Part shown: positions 11,703-24,900 of the stretch, in pieces
How positions within the stretch are numbered: the first letter of the stretch is position 1
How the letters are laid out: every line of letters starts with the position of its first letter
Source of the DNA: Sphaerodactylus townsendi
Lineage: Eukaryota
DNA: 64,000 bases
Direction of reading: 5' to 3'
NCBI RefSeq assembly: GCF_021028975.2
Contig: NC_059438.1
Span: 5,890,001 to 5,954,000 of the forward strand
Translations under genes and position numbers: made by a program
The notes under the pieces: model-generated
Databases searched by the model: none
Told to the model about the DNA's origin: nothing
What the model saw: the letters and a program-made list of their open reading frames with translations, nothing else

Positions 11703-13527
11703 GGATCCACCGTGTAAGAAACGGAGAATGGAAATGGCAGCCTCCAATCATCAGCTGGGAGAAGAAGCAACAGAAAGCTCTGGCGATGCTGCTAGCCGAC
11801 GTGCTGGTACTAAAGACTTGGAGACATCCGAGATAAAACTTGCAACCTCTTTAGAGGATTCCACCCATTGCTGTACCACTAAGCCAACACAGGCACAACC
11901 AAAAAATGCACCAAAGTTGCTTCTACCGAAGCCCAAAGTAGCTCTGGTTAAACTTCCTGTAATGCAGCTTACTCACTTGCCCGTATGCCTGTTGGCACCA
12001 GACTCTTCTGTGAAACCCGTCGTCGTTGCTGTGGATGACAAAGGCTCTGTAATGAGCACGGTTCACTTAATGCCTCTGCCGGTAGGAATTGTACTACCAA
12101 CGATGGAGGCTGAAGCACTTACTTTTAGAGACACAGCACCCCTTTCAAAAACCAAAAGCTCTGTCAGCTTTGAGCCGGTCAGCACAGGAATCCAAGTCGA
12201 TTTGGGTAAAGCGGCCTCAAATAGTGCAGTGCAGGGTCTGGAAGCCGTATGTTACAAGAACGGGATCTGTTCCACAGACATCCAGACGGACCTGTCCTTT
12301 ATTGCACAGAACTTTGCACCCTCTGCGTCTTGGGCTCCCGATTCCTCCGTGTCCTCTTGTTCTCAAACCGATCTGACGTTCAGTTCGCAAGTTCTGCTGC
12401 CCATTAGCGTTCAGACACAGACTCTGTTGCCGGGTTCGAAGCCGACCTCATCCATCGCTGCCCAGACGGATGCTTTTGCCCACGCTTGCTTTCAGTCATG
12501 TGGAATTTCGAGAGAGACTCAGACCAACAGGTCCCAGAAGGGGATGGATGGAAGAGTACAAATGGACCAGGCTGTGATGTGCAATGACATTTTTGACGAT
12601 GTTACTTCGTCGTTCGATTCATCCCCAGTGGTCCTTTCTGGCAGCAGCTTGATTGCCAGTGAGCTGGATCAGAACCTGCTACAAAGAGAAACCTGCAAGT
12701 CTTTGAGTCAGGACGCAAAATCCGAGGCGATGATCAACTTCAGCACACAGCATAATCTGCTTCCGCAGCAAGTTATGACTGACAACCAAACTCAGACCAT
12801 GGAGTTATTGAGTGACCTTGAAACTATTTTTTCAGGTAATACTGCTGAGCAATCATTACATAACCGTGGTCTTCTGACAGATGCTAACCCTCACGCTGAA
12901 CCACCCCTGCCTTCTGGCCCTAACCAGAATGCAGCAATAGATTTTGACATTGAGGATTTCTTCACTGCCTCCAATATCCAGACTCAGACAGAGGAGGCTG
13001 AATTCGGTAACTTGACCTCAGAGCCGGTCTTGGAATCACTGGATATTGAAACTCAAACGGACTTATTTTCAGACAACACGGTGCAGCCATACAACTGCAG
13101 AGGTAACGTGAACTTTTTGGGCCTGGAGATGTTTGACACGCAGACCCAGACCGACTTGAACTTCTTCTTGGACAGCCCCCATCTGCCTCTGGGCAACATC
13201 CTGAAGCAGTCTGCCTTCTCCATGAGCACAGACTCATCTGACACAGAGACACAGACAGAAATGCAGCTTCTGGAGAGAAACGCCTTAAGCCAGGTGGCCG
13301 AGAGCAAAGTGCAGCTGAACAGTGCCGAGACACAGACTATGGACAGCTGCTTTGAAACCTTTAGTAGCTTATTCCTTACGAGCAACGAGACTCAGACTGC
13401 CATGGACGACTTCTTACTGGCTGACTTGGCCTGGAATACAATGGAGTCACAGTTCAGCTCGGTAGAAACGCAGACTTGTGCAAAACTGTGCTCTTTGTTT
13501 CAGGATTCTGACAAGGCCGGCCAGTGA
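11703..13527 (+). CDS. ATMIN: ATMIN coding exon 4 (SQ/TQ cluster, DYNLL1-binding TQT motifs)
   Basis: Acceptor atttacag|G completes the Arg codon, then DPPCKKRR. Contains KLLLPKPKVALVKLPVMQ, many xxTQT motifs and DDFLLADLAWNTMESQFSSVETQT. Stop TGA ends at 13527. Spliced CDS 255+126+200+1825=2406 nt, 801 aa. Confidence 0.97.
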
Positions 13528-16321
13528 GTGCTGTTTTCACGAAAACAGCTTTCCTTGAGAATATAAGTTGTTTCGGGTGAAGAAACTGACAAGTCGGCTC
13601 ACTGAATGTAACGGACGCCATGGGGTTGGTTTACAAACCTTGTCATGGTGTAAGGTGCTTTAGATGCTGTGTGTGTGGGACAGGCATGATCCTGTTTGCG
13701 TATTTTCACTACGACGTGTCATTGTGTGTTTGAGCACTTCGGAACTGAAGGCCTACAGGTGCCTGCTTTGTTAAGCTGAGGGTTGTGGGGGGGGGGGAGG
13801 ATGGTGTGTATTCAAGTTCCTAACTCATAGCCTTCACTCATGTCGTTTGAACTGACACTTGAAGTGTACAGAATCTTTGACCCAGAACCAGGGTGTTTTT
13901 TTTAATTCATTGCTCATATCCAAAATCCTGAGCATGTAAACCTTTCCCCACCTTTATTCCAGGGTTGGTTCACAGTTTGAAATAGTTGTATCATGATCAT
14001 ACCCAATGCTTCCCGCTGATTAACTCTGAAGCACGTTTGCTAAACTGTGAGCCTGTGCCCCTCAGGCGTGCAGCGGCATGCTGGGTGCATTCTTCAAGTG
14101 CAGCCAACATTAACTGAGTTTTTTCTGACTTGTAATAAGCTTGTATAGCCCAAGCTTTCTCCTCCTGATTATATGTGGGAGAATAGCGGAATCTGAAAGT
14201 TGCAGAAATGCGGAGTATTCTGTTCCGTCGTTGCTCCTGTCACTTAGGTAGAAGAGGGGAAAGCATCTGAACATTCTTGCTGAATGTCACATACTCTTGG
14301 CAAGCAGGTAGCTTTAAGGACACTGGCTCTGAAACAAAATTGTGTATCCCAATGACTGCTGTTCAGCGGTTTCTTGGGAACGTCAGTCATAAGGCTAATA
14401 ACTGGAAAAATAAAGATGCTGTTAGCTCCGAGCAAGTTCACTACATAGGTTTCCCGCCAGCTAATATAGCTGGTTTATCAGGGCCCCTGTTGACTTGTGT
14501 ACAACCTCAGCTCTTCAAAATGATCCTACTTGCTGCTTGAAATACAGTTGTAGTGAATAAACTGCTGAAATGTGCTGCTATGGGTTCCAAAAATCTAAAA
14601 ACGGAGGTTCTCTTGGCTCAATCTGTCGGTATGGAGTTGCCATTCCTTCATTTCCCAAACAGTTTCCCTTTCAGGTTTCCCATATTCCGATTTATCTGAC
14701 AATCTCTCCACACTAGCTACAAGTGTTAGTAGCCGCTTAGTGGCTCCATTAATGTTCTGCAGTTGTGTTATTTTTTTATCTGAAGGAGAATGATAATCTG
14801 TGGAAGATACTTCAGTTAATCTCGCTCAGGTCTTTTCCTTCATTTTTTTTTTTTTGCAGGACTGCATAAGTGTTTCCCAGACTTCCCTGAAAGTGCTGTT
14901 GGAACGAGACCCAGCGTCTGGGCCTTGTAGCTTAGTGACAGAGTACATTACATGGTTACTTCAGTCTGAGTGGCTTTTTTGTTGTTGCCAAGGCACAGAG
15001 CTCTTCAGAATTTTACTCCAGAATGCCTTGGTTTTCAGCTTGTAGAGCGAAAGTAATTTTTCAGCACCGACATGGAAGGCACTGATATCAGAGAGGTTTC
15101 TGCAGTCAGTACGCAAGCTTTTTTGACAGAAGGGGATTTAGCAGTCTCGGGGTGTATTGGTACACCTCCATGAACAGAAACCAGGGGGTCCCAAGCGTTA
15201 GCTGTACATTTGAGTCCAGCCTACACATGTAGCAAGATCAAACGGTAGAATTCTAAGACTGCAGACTAGATTGCAACCTGTCAGCAATGAACATTTAACA
15301 ATATTTTTCTGCATCTGGATGTGGGAAAGTGAAAAAAACTGGCAAAACACAAGGAAAAGGAGGGCCTCGTATCTTGCTGAATCACTACATCATTACTTTC
15401 TGGGAGCTTTGGTATGAGAGCATCCAAAACCAGCTTTGCAGCCAGTAGTGGTCCAGTTCATTTCGTTACTTTAGAGCTTTACCACTTCGTTTACCAGTTT
15501 GTGCAAGGCCAGGCTTAAGCAACCTGTCACTATACACTACTGGAGCATGGTACTATCTGTGTGTTTCCAGGGACACACAGTTGATGTTGAAATACAACCT
15601 TTTGAGATGTCGTGAAGCCGTGGAGGAAAGAGAAGTGTGGGTTTCCAGGGAAAGTTCACTTGGAGGAACTGAAATAAATGTAACGATCAGGGACTGGTTC
15701 ACTTATCTGAGTCACGCAGCGGCTGTGTTGGGGGGGAGGGCATAGTTGATCTTGCTCCACCCCCTCCCCTCCTGCTTGTCTACAGCACAGGGCGCGACAA
15801 CAACTCCCCACCTTCCTGCAGTGGGCAGTCACCACTTTCCTTATCATTTGACTGGACTGACACAGTGGCACTGCTTTCTCTTTGTTCCCCACCTATCTTC
15901 CTGACTCTCCTAGTGTGAGATTTTGGTATTTTTGTGAAAATGTTAATGGGGAAATATTTTTTGTATTTTTCTGCAAATCTGGGGATTCTCCATCTCTGTA
16001 GAGAAATACCTCCTATCACTTCCTGGTCCCATTCTCTGGATCAAATGATCTGCAAGAGAGCCAGGCTCAAAATTAGATCTAGGATGCTTATCAAACCTGA
16101 TCACGTAACTGCTTCAACGACATAAAATGCATAGTTCATAGCATATCGGATTATGGTATTTGGCATATATATAATACACATTCACATGAAATTTAAAGGC
16201 GTCGATACCTTTGTTTTTCTATAAGTAAAATGATGAATGTACCAAATACCAAAGAGCTACAAACTATAGCTGACTGTACTGCCTTTGCAGTTATGCCAGC
16301 TGAGACGTTAAAAAAATCAAA

Positions 16322-16327
16322 AATAAA
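16322..16327 (+). terminator. Candidate distal ATMIN polyadenylation signal (proximal alternative AATAAA at 14556-14561)
   Basis: AATAAA at the end of a repeat-free stretch of about 2.8 kb following the ATMIN stop; repeats resume shortly after. Confidence 0.4.
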
Positions 16328-16962
16328 ACTCAGGTTGCAGTATGCAAAATATTTGAGTAGCCTTAAGTAATCACAAACAGGATTAGCATATTTGGATAAA
16401 GAATCACTTCACAAGATTGAAAAAACTTTACTCTTCAGTTAATCTATTATATGTATTTTATGTCATTGTAGACAAAATTAGTCTCATTTTAAAATATTCT
16501 TGAAAATACGTTGTGCATGCCCACTATGTTAGGGTATGCCGTGGTTCAGTGAATTTACATACAAAAGGTCCCAGGTTCAATTTTGTCTTGTGAGCTTTCT
16601 CAAGTATGCCTGGACAGGTGGCATACAAATTTTCCAAATAAATCCCTGGTGTCAGTACTTAAAACAGTTAGATGGAAGGTGTTATGAGACCCTGGAGAAG
16701 TGTTACCTCTTAGTAGAAAGATTTTCCTTGAACAGATATATGATAATTTATTTGTTTCTCTTGTGCCTTCATATTGTGCCCTCCTCCTAGCTAGCTTCTA
16801 TTCCAGAGTGGGAGTTTGAGCCCAAGTCTCAGATCCTAATCCATCACTCTAACCACTGCACAGTGCTCTTCTCAGGTTTCTGTAGGAATGAGAGACCTGA
16901 TCTGCATTGGAGTTGATACCACAGATCCTTGCTCTCTTCTGAGCTGGAGTTATCTTCAACTC

Positions 16963-17305
16963 AGCCAGTGTGGTGTAGTGGTTAAGAGCAGTGGACTCAA
17001 ATCTGGAGAACCGGGTTTGATTCCCTACTCCTCCATTTGAGCGTCAGACTCTAATCTGGGGAACCAAGTTTAATTCCCCATTCCTCCACATGAGTGGCAA
17101 ACAAATCCAGAAAACCAGATTTTGATTCACCACTCTTCCGTATAAACCGTGCTGGGTGACTTGGGATAGTCACAGTTCTCTTAGAACTCTCTCAGCCCCT
17201 CCTACCTCACCAGGTGTCTGTTGTGGGGAGAGGAAGGGAAGGAGTTTGTGCTTTGACTCCTTATAGTTGAGAAAAGCGGGGTATAAATCCAAACTCTTTT
17301 TCTTC
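16963..17305 (+). mobile_element. Squam3-like SINE with a triplicated B-box segment
   Basis: gtggtgtagtggttaagagc head, three units of about 52 bp (ctggagaaccgggtttgattccc...), then the usual core and tail. Confidence 0.75.
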
Positions 17306-19449
17306 CTAGTAGATATGAGTCCCACATCTTTTCACAGAAGACCTCATCAGCCACAGTCTATTCTTGTGGACAATAAACCTGAAAAAATGTGTCCATACAA
17401 AGTTATGGAGAAGCTAAACCTTCATTTATGCACTGGTAACTTGTGGTTCTAATCCTTTTTCCTTAATACGGAGATACAGGAAGCCTGTTTCTCCCACCCT
17501 TGTTGATGGTCATCTGTGCCAGTGCAGTGGATCAACCATGATTGTGGACAGCAGCATAATGTGGCATGCACATCTGAATTCATTTAGTTAGCACACTTTT
17601 TACCTGCCCTTGGTGCAAGTCCAAAGTAATTCTATTGTCTCATCGTTTTGTTTTGCCAAAGGGACCGAAGCTTAAATACCTCCCTGGTGGTATAGCCCTG
17701 CAGAGAGCAAATCCCCTTAGCAAACTGGGGGATGACAGTTTCTCTGCCTCAATCCTATGTACACATTTGAGGCATTTTATTGTTTAAAATTTGATTTGAT
17801 TTCTATCCCGGCCTATCCCTGCAGGGCTCAGAGCAGGTCACAACACAAATGATAATTTTCAAGTAGGATCTGCAGACCGCCATACTCAAAGGTATATCTA
17901 AATAGCAACTGCTGGTTAGTAGGTGGCAGCAGAAACAAAGGACTAGCAGAGAGGCAAGATGGAGGATAGATGATAAATTGCCTTTTCACTAACTACTAGG
18001 TTGGGTTTTTTTTATCAACTTGCAGGGATAGTTCTAGAGAATTGCACTTTCACACGCAATCAGAGCCATTAACTGCTTGCTGGCCAGAATGTGTTGCAGT
18101 GTGAGTAGAATGGTTCACTTGTTTATAAAAAAAAATTAGGCAATTTTTTGCTGTCAACATGTGATAGGTCAGATAAATCTAGGTGCTAATCCTGGCTTAT
18201 CTGAGAATCCCAAGGGACTTGCTTCCCGCTAAAGCAGCAGATAGTTACGTTGTATATAAACTTGTATTTGGGCTTCAGCATGTCTGATAACAGCTTGCTT
18301 GACAAATGCTCCTCCGCACAAAAACATTGCCTATACATTAACAAAAAATCTAGCATGTTTGGATAAGTAATCTGAATCCACACCCTATCACTGCCTGTTT
18401 TGTAAGGAGAAGCAATCTTGCAAACTCCCAATTCCATTCTACAGAGCAAGCCAAACATCAGGTTGGATCCAACTAGTCAAGGCTCGGTTGGGGACCAAGG
18501 GAAGTTCTTGGTCACACAACCCATGCAGGGGGCTGTGATAAAGAAAGAGATTGGATGGGGAAAGCTGGCTGGGTCTACCCCATGAGCATTACCAGCTCAG
18601 TTAGAAGCCTCCACTGAACATGACTAGTTGGCGCAATACGTCCACCGCAAGTTGCCCACAATTCAAGCTGAAATGTGTAAGTTGTCCTCTAGTGTGTCCG
18701 CTGTAGTGCCGATGATGCTTGCCGGACATTTGTCTCTGAGTTAAGTAACACCATGTTGGACTATGTTGATGTGTGTTGTTAACGTGTCCTTTATCTGCCC
18801 TACCCACTTCTAAAGGCTGCATCCACACATCCGTGGATAACATGCTGCTATTGTGCTGTCGCAGTCGTTCACTTCCTGGATTTCCTTGTTCTTAACTCCC
18901 CACCCGTGAAAGGAAAAGGCAGTTGTGAATTATTTCTGTAGCACAATATCCAGCAAGGCATAGACACAGGCCTGCCCAGAAACTGCAAATACGAAAGCAG
19001 TGTGTTTGATCAGGATCCTGCTTCTGGAGAATGAATTTATTTCCTCACACAAAGGATAGATGAGTGTGTATCAGACGAGAAGCTGGACAAAGGTAAAAAG
19101 CCAGAGTAAAATGCAAATGCGGGGGAGGGGGGTGTTTCCTGTTGAAGGAGATTGTCATGTGATCAGTCATTGCAGGTTTGAGATCTGGACGGAAGCTTGT
19201 GAAATGCAGCACTCCATTCTCATTGCCGCTGCTAACTCCTTAACTACTTTCTGCTGAAGTTGTGAGCGTGAAAAGACTGCTTTTCTCATCTCCACAGTGC
19301 CTGCTTTGCTTTTAAAGAAAAAAAGTCAGAGGATTAACCTTGTCGCTTCTTAAATATAGTCACACTTGCAAGCAGCTAAGTGACATGAAATGCCATCGTT
19401 AGAGCCGTGCATGCATGCTGTGATCAATTTAGTACTAGTGAAATTGATG

Positions 19450-19855
19450 ACGATCCCTGTGGAGCACAGCGACAAGCTGCAGCACTGCAGTCAAAGCTCT
19501 GCCTGCGTCCTGAGTTCAATCCTGATGGGAGTTGGTTTCAGGTACCTGTCTTAAGGTAGACTTAGCCAGTGGTGGGATTCAAATAATTTAACAACTGGTT
19601 GTTTACAAGCACCATTTTAACAACCGGTTCTGCCGAAGTGGTACGAACCGGCTGAATCCCACCACTGGACTTAGCCTTCCATCCTTCCAAGGTCAGTAAA
19701 ATGAGTACCCAGCTTGCTGGAGGTAAAGTGTAGTCTGGGGAAGGCAATTGCAAACCACCCCACAAACATAGCCTGCCTAGTAAACCTTGTGATGTGGCAT
19801 CGGCCCATGAGTTAGTCATGACCCGATGCTTGCCGAAGGGACTACCTTTACCTTT
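19450..19855 (+). mobile_element. Sauria SINE
   Basis: gccttccatccttccaaggtcagtaaaatgagtacccagc core and ACCTTT-repeat tail. Confidence 0.8.
19567..19667. mobile_element. hAT MITE nested in the Sauria SINE
   Basis: TIRs cagtggtgggattca / tgaatcccaccactg; perfect 8-bp TSD gacttagc. Confidence 0.88.
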
Positions 19856-20572
19856 TTATTTTTAAACCTTAGTATGATTAAGCAAAGAGAACCCAACTTA
19901 CGATTGCCTCTGCTTTCGGCTAATGAAATTGTAAAGCAGAGTTTCCTCTGTACGTTTAGATGCTTGCGTGCACAGCTGTATGCACACTGTTGCAAATATT
20001 GTGAGCTTTAAATAATTTCTTGTTGTGAAGAAAGGAATGAAACTCTTCAAGGTAGAGGCCCACATGTATGAAATGAAATGTAAGCACAAAGACTAACAAA
20101 TAAAGGTATTTCTACCTTAATCCACAGCGTTTCCTTGTCTTGGTTGGTCTTGTTCTGTGTTAAATGAAAGTTTTCCTATGTACTGCCATTTGTTCTTTTG
20201 TTTGTTTTATAAATATCCTGCTGTAAAGAGGAAATATTATATGGTTCAAACATCTGTGTAGAAAGCCACAGGTATGGCTGCAACTGGATGGCACTTCAGT
20301 ACATCCACTATGAGGTTTCTGTACATCACCTATGGGGTGCCCCTCCAGAGGGTTCCCCAACCTTCATGATGCTTTGAGAAGACATGGGAGCTTGCATTCC
20401 AACTTACAGTTCTCATGCATGAGCAAAATAATACCCAACAGTATTTTAGCTACTGGCCATTGTTAAAAGCAAGAGCTATCATTAATAATTTTTAATCATC
20501 CCCTCCTTGTAGTAGTTAGCACAATAAAACTAAAATAGCCTCAAAGAATAAGAATGCAGAAGGAAGAGGTTA

Positions 20573-21047
20573 ACAGCCCAATCTGGGGCGGGGGAAGGAA
20601 GTGGTGGGGGCCTATGCTGACGAATTTGCCCTCCCCAGGGCACTTTCCACATCAGAGCTCCTGCCCCCCACCAACTCCACCAGCATAGTGGAAGCATTCC
20701 GGAGGTGTGGCCAGGGATGGAACCAACCTTAGTCGCTTCAACCCTGGCTTTGACTCCCGGAACGCTGGTGCCCAGAGGCTTAGCAAGGGGGGAAAGTGCC
20801 CAGTGCACCGGTGTATCCTCTGCCACTGTCCCACCCTGGAACGCTCCCATCACACCCCCATAGGGGGGGCGCCCTGTGTGTCCCCTCCCCGGTCCCCTTG
20901 GAGCTACACCTCTGCTAGTGCCCAGGGCCTGGACTTTCCACCTTTTGGGTTGCATAAGCCCATTGAACCTCCAAAAAGCTCTCTGGAGGCAGTGGGGTAG
21001 CACTGCAGTGGTGCTGATCCTGGCTGCCCCACAGCTCTGGATTAGAT
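20573..21047. mobile_element. GC-rich interspersed repeat, probable composite non-autonomous DNA element
   Basis: Ends resemble cagcccaatct...ggattagatg. An internal segment (20783-20880) recurs inverted at about 52290-52385. Confidence 0.5.
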
Positions 21048-21152
21048 GGCTCGTGTGCTCTCTAATTAAAGGTTCAGATGATTAATTCAAAGATTAAGGC
21101 TTGTAGCTCTTTGTTCTGTTATTCTTATTTTACCAGAGTCATACAACCAATA

Positions 21153-21998
21153 TCAGTTTCCATACCCCCTTGAACTAGCAACGTTTGCATATCGCTCTGA
21201 ATGAGACATCATGCTGCGCAGGGAAAAGAATGGGTCAGGTGAGTTAGGAAGGCAAGGTAAATTATCTCTGAGCATTAAGGACACATGGAAGAGTGGTACA
21301 TGATTTTTTATTTGCTTTGTTGCTATAATATTCATCTCACCAACGTTTCTTTTACTCTTTTGCTTTCCTTTTCTAATTTTGGGTCTGTGGGAGTCGGTTT
21401 CAGTTGAGGTGCTGCTGCTTCCCCCTTTCTCAGTTCTTTTTGCTGTAATTGTTTCATTTTTCTTCGAAAGGGGTTCCACATGGAAACTGACCATTCCTTT
21501 TCCATCCGGTTTTAGGAACAACATTTCATTTAAGGTTGGATAGCTAAAACTGCTATGGGAGTTACTGTGAATTATTTTCGGCAAGCGATACTTGGGGTAT
21601 TTTAGGACCGCAGGTTCTGTGTGTCCTAGAGAGTACTCAATCTCATATTCCTTTATTGGGAGGATCCTCTTTTCACCAAGGAATGCCTGAATGCTGTCTA
21701 GTTTGCCATTCCTTCTTTCTCCCTCAGGGTGAGCAGGTATCGGTGGAATATAGTTGTATGGCTTCACATAAGAGGCTTCTAACTTCTTACAGGTTGAAAC
21801 AGTTTCTCCTGCAGCAAACTTACAATATGTTTTTGCCCGAACTCTCGCAGGTTGTCTTATACCAGTCAGATTTCTCTCAGGAGCAGAAGCCTTGCTTGTG
21901 TGAGATATATTAGAGACTGTTTTGCTTATTCTTGGGTTCTTGGGTTTTTCCTGTCTCTTGCAGCATGCGAAAGGAGTAGCTCTCCCCCAGCCATGTTC
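21153..21998 (-). CDS. Diverged duplicate of the C16orf46 terminal exon (candidate alternative last exon or paralog), 281 aa
   Basis: Acceptor ttttatctttccag|GAA, phase 0, at the same position relative to GW as the main exon. EHGWGRATPFAC aligns to VQGWNKTAPFAY; EKRILPIKEYEI aligns to EKKAVPIREYSI. 846-nt open frame with no stops. Confidence 0.75.
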   Translation of the reverse strand, partial: EHGWGRATPFACCKRQEKPKNPRISKTVSNISHTSKASAPERNLTGIRQPARVRAKTYCKFAAGETVSTCKKLEASYVKPYNYIPPIPAHPEGERRNGKLDSIQAFLGEKRILPIKEYEIEYSLGHTEPAVLKYPKYRLPKIIHSNSHSSFSYPTLNEMLFLKPDGKGMVSFHVEPLSKKNETITAKRTEKGGSSSTSTETDSHRPKIRKGKQKSKRNVGEMNIIATKQIKNHVPLFHVSLMLRDNLPCLPNSPDPFFSLRSMMSHSERYANVASSRGYGN

Positions 21999-24900
21999 CT
22001 GGAAAGATAAAATCACGTTGCATGTAAAACTGAGAATTTGGCTGCTGGACTTTGTAATTTTGTAGCCACCGGCATTTAATGCAGATAACTTAGCCACCTT
22101 TTCTAACTAGAAGTGGTTCTGAACTTTGGCGAAATTCTTTTCCAGCCTGCTCAGGTGAAGGGAACTGTACAATATTGCTTTGAGTTTGCAAAATAAGAGT
22201 TAACTATTCCACTTAAACGTTGGACATAATTTGGGCTGTGATGGTTGTCAGCATACTGAGTAACGGGAATGTAACTTACAAGAATCAGGATCCAAAAATC
22301 TACTTAAGCCCATATTGTACTATCAGGGGACTTTTTTCCTATAAGCAATTGGCCCACCCACAGTATATCAAACTGGTTTTTACGCTCCCTTCAGTTTACA
22401 AGTAAACATCTACCAGTTTTGCCTGCGATAGGATACTAAACCTTTCTTGTAATTTTTAAAATCTTTACAGAATCTTTGGTTGTTCATGATTACGATGTAA
22501 AACAAGGCTTTGTATATACAATGGAAAGCAACTTGAGAGCATGTAACCGATGTATAAGTGTCAAATGCTGAATATGGAATACAACAGATTTTATCTCCTA
22601 TCTTGGTAATGCATGCCCTGTGCACTCTTTCTTGTGTTCCACAGAAACACACACATCTGTTAATATATTTGTTATAGAAAGTTCAATGGAACCAATTTTT
22701 ACAATCACACATTCCAGCTAAATTGTAGACAGAAAAGCTCAGTGATGTTTTTCATCCTCACAAAACATTACATACAAATGCTCTGTTGAATGCAAAACAC
22801 AATAAAGCAGATTTTTTATTTTTTAAAAAAACTATTAAAATACACTCTGTTTTAAAGGGAACTGATAATCCACCAGAACTGTAACATCCATTCGTTTGGG
22901 CTTTGGGGCTAATGGGAATATTAACAAAAGACATGAGCCAACCAAAGCTAAGAGCTTTTTTTAGTTTGCTTCATTCATATTAAAGTGTTGTCAAGTTGAG
23001 GCTGACTTTGCGTGAACCCACCCAAGGGGTTTTTAAAGCAAGAGAGGACAAGAGGTGGTTTATCATTGCATTCCTCTGCATAGTAGCCCCAGTTTTCCTT
23101 GGTGGTCTCCCATCCAAATACTAACCTCAGCCAACCCTTCTCTGCTTTTATTTATTTATTTATTTTATATATTAGATTTAGGAACCGCCCACCCCCGAAG
23201 GGCTCCAATAGGCTCAGGGTTGGCTAGAGTATTCAGGCGACTTTTTGTTGGTTTAGAATATTTATATACCACTTTACCCCAAGAGTGTTGCCACTTTGAT
23301 TTCAATGGGAGAGTTAGGCATTTGCTAAAGAATCCCCCCCTCGGACGCAGCGTGGCACGCACCTCCAAATGGACCTGTTAAAACCCAAGGAGGCTTTGCT
23401 ATGCTCTCTTTGCTACTGGGCAAGAGTCCATTGGGCTAAAGATGGATCAAATATTGTTCACATTAGTGCCAGTTTCCTCCCCCTCTTTTGGAAGTTGTTG
23501 ATGCTCTCACTGGAGTAGCAGGAAAGTTAACTTCGATGCCTATTAAACCCTGTTGTCCAGCTTTCTCCCTTGGTTTAAAACTGGTAATTCAATCCTCCAG
23601 TATTACAGCTTTTCACATTTGAATTACTCACAGAGGGGTAGCCATGTTAGTCTGTTGTAGCAAAATAAAACAAAATTCCAGTGGTGCCTTAAAGACTTGC
23701 AGCCCAATTCAGATGGGGTAAGGGGCAGAATGGCTGTGAGAGCAGCACAGGACCATACTGATGTATTTGCCTACTCTGCTGGCATAAGGGGCACCTACAC
23801 CAATGGGGAGAGCAAAATATTCTGCCCATAACATTCAACAAGAGCGTTTGTGAGTCAAGAGCTAACTTCTTTAGATATGTGAACAAGTGAGGTCTGATTC
23901 ACAAAAACTCACACCAAAATAAATGTTAATCATGAAGGAACCACAGGACCTTTTTCCACATTTAAAGCCTCTGCATTTTCATTTGCACCAATAGTATGGG
24001 CCAATTATTTTTATTCACTGTAAACAGGGACAGTGATTTCATACTTAGAAAGTATCATGATTCTCTTTTTTGTCAAAAAGCCAAAAACTGCTTATTTTCT
24101 TTCTATTTAGCTTTATTTTCAACTATTAATATCACTCAGTTCATAAATATGAAAGAATAACATCGGCTGAATGCAGGAACCATGCACTCAATCACACATA
24201 GGTTTCAATATGGCATTAAAACACTTTTTTTATCACTTAGCAGGTTTATATAGCCAACTAGTTATAGGCATGTCATGGTAAGTTACTACTATGGTTGCCT
24301 GTATCTTCCTCTTATCCAAAAGTTTGCTTAAAGCCCCACTTGAGTTAGATCACACAATCCTTCATAATTTCTCCAGTGGAAGATTCTTCACTTGGCAAAA
24401 GCCAACCGTTGGATGTAAATTACACAGATTTTTGCCTCTTAAGAAATGTAGTTCAGTTTTTTAGTTCAGTGCCCTTACTGTTAGTTGAGCACACAAGGCC
24501 TCATGTTACACACTTGTCGAATAACTTAAGCTTAAAACCTGCTGTTACAGACTTGCTGACCAGTAATTCCATTCATATCTCCTTGGAGATAATTGGGTTT
24601 TCATTGGAAAAGGGCCATTGCTGAGCATTTGTTCTCTATGTTGGTGGCATTTTAACACTTTTGTTTAAAATGCCTTTCTGCCGGTGTAGAGAACTGAAGA
24701 CCAAGTCTCCACAGGCTGAAAGAATAGCAACTATCTTATATCCGTGTCTGCAATTGAGAATACTGATTCTTACTTTGATTATGACCAATTTGTATAATAC
24801 CTTATAGAAGACCTGTCCTTTTCTTGAGTACGATTTCATGTTGGTCAAGTGTAATATAAAATGTGGATTGTGGAGGAGATTACCACCAGAGGCTTCCATT

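Noticed and set aside
12270-13480. Many TQT repeats in ATMIN as a novel repeat system
   Set aside because: This is the well-described multivalent DYNLL1/LC8-binding region of ASCIZ.
21999-22097. N-terminal 33 aa of the 314-aa ORF as a true start
   Set aside because: The start is a GTG and homology begins exactly at the acceptor at 21998, so the upstream part is intron.
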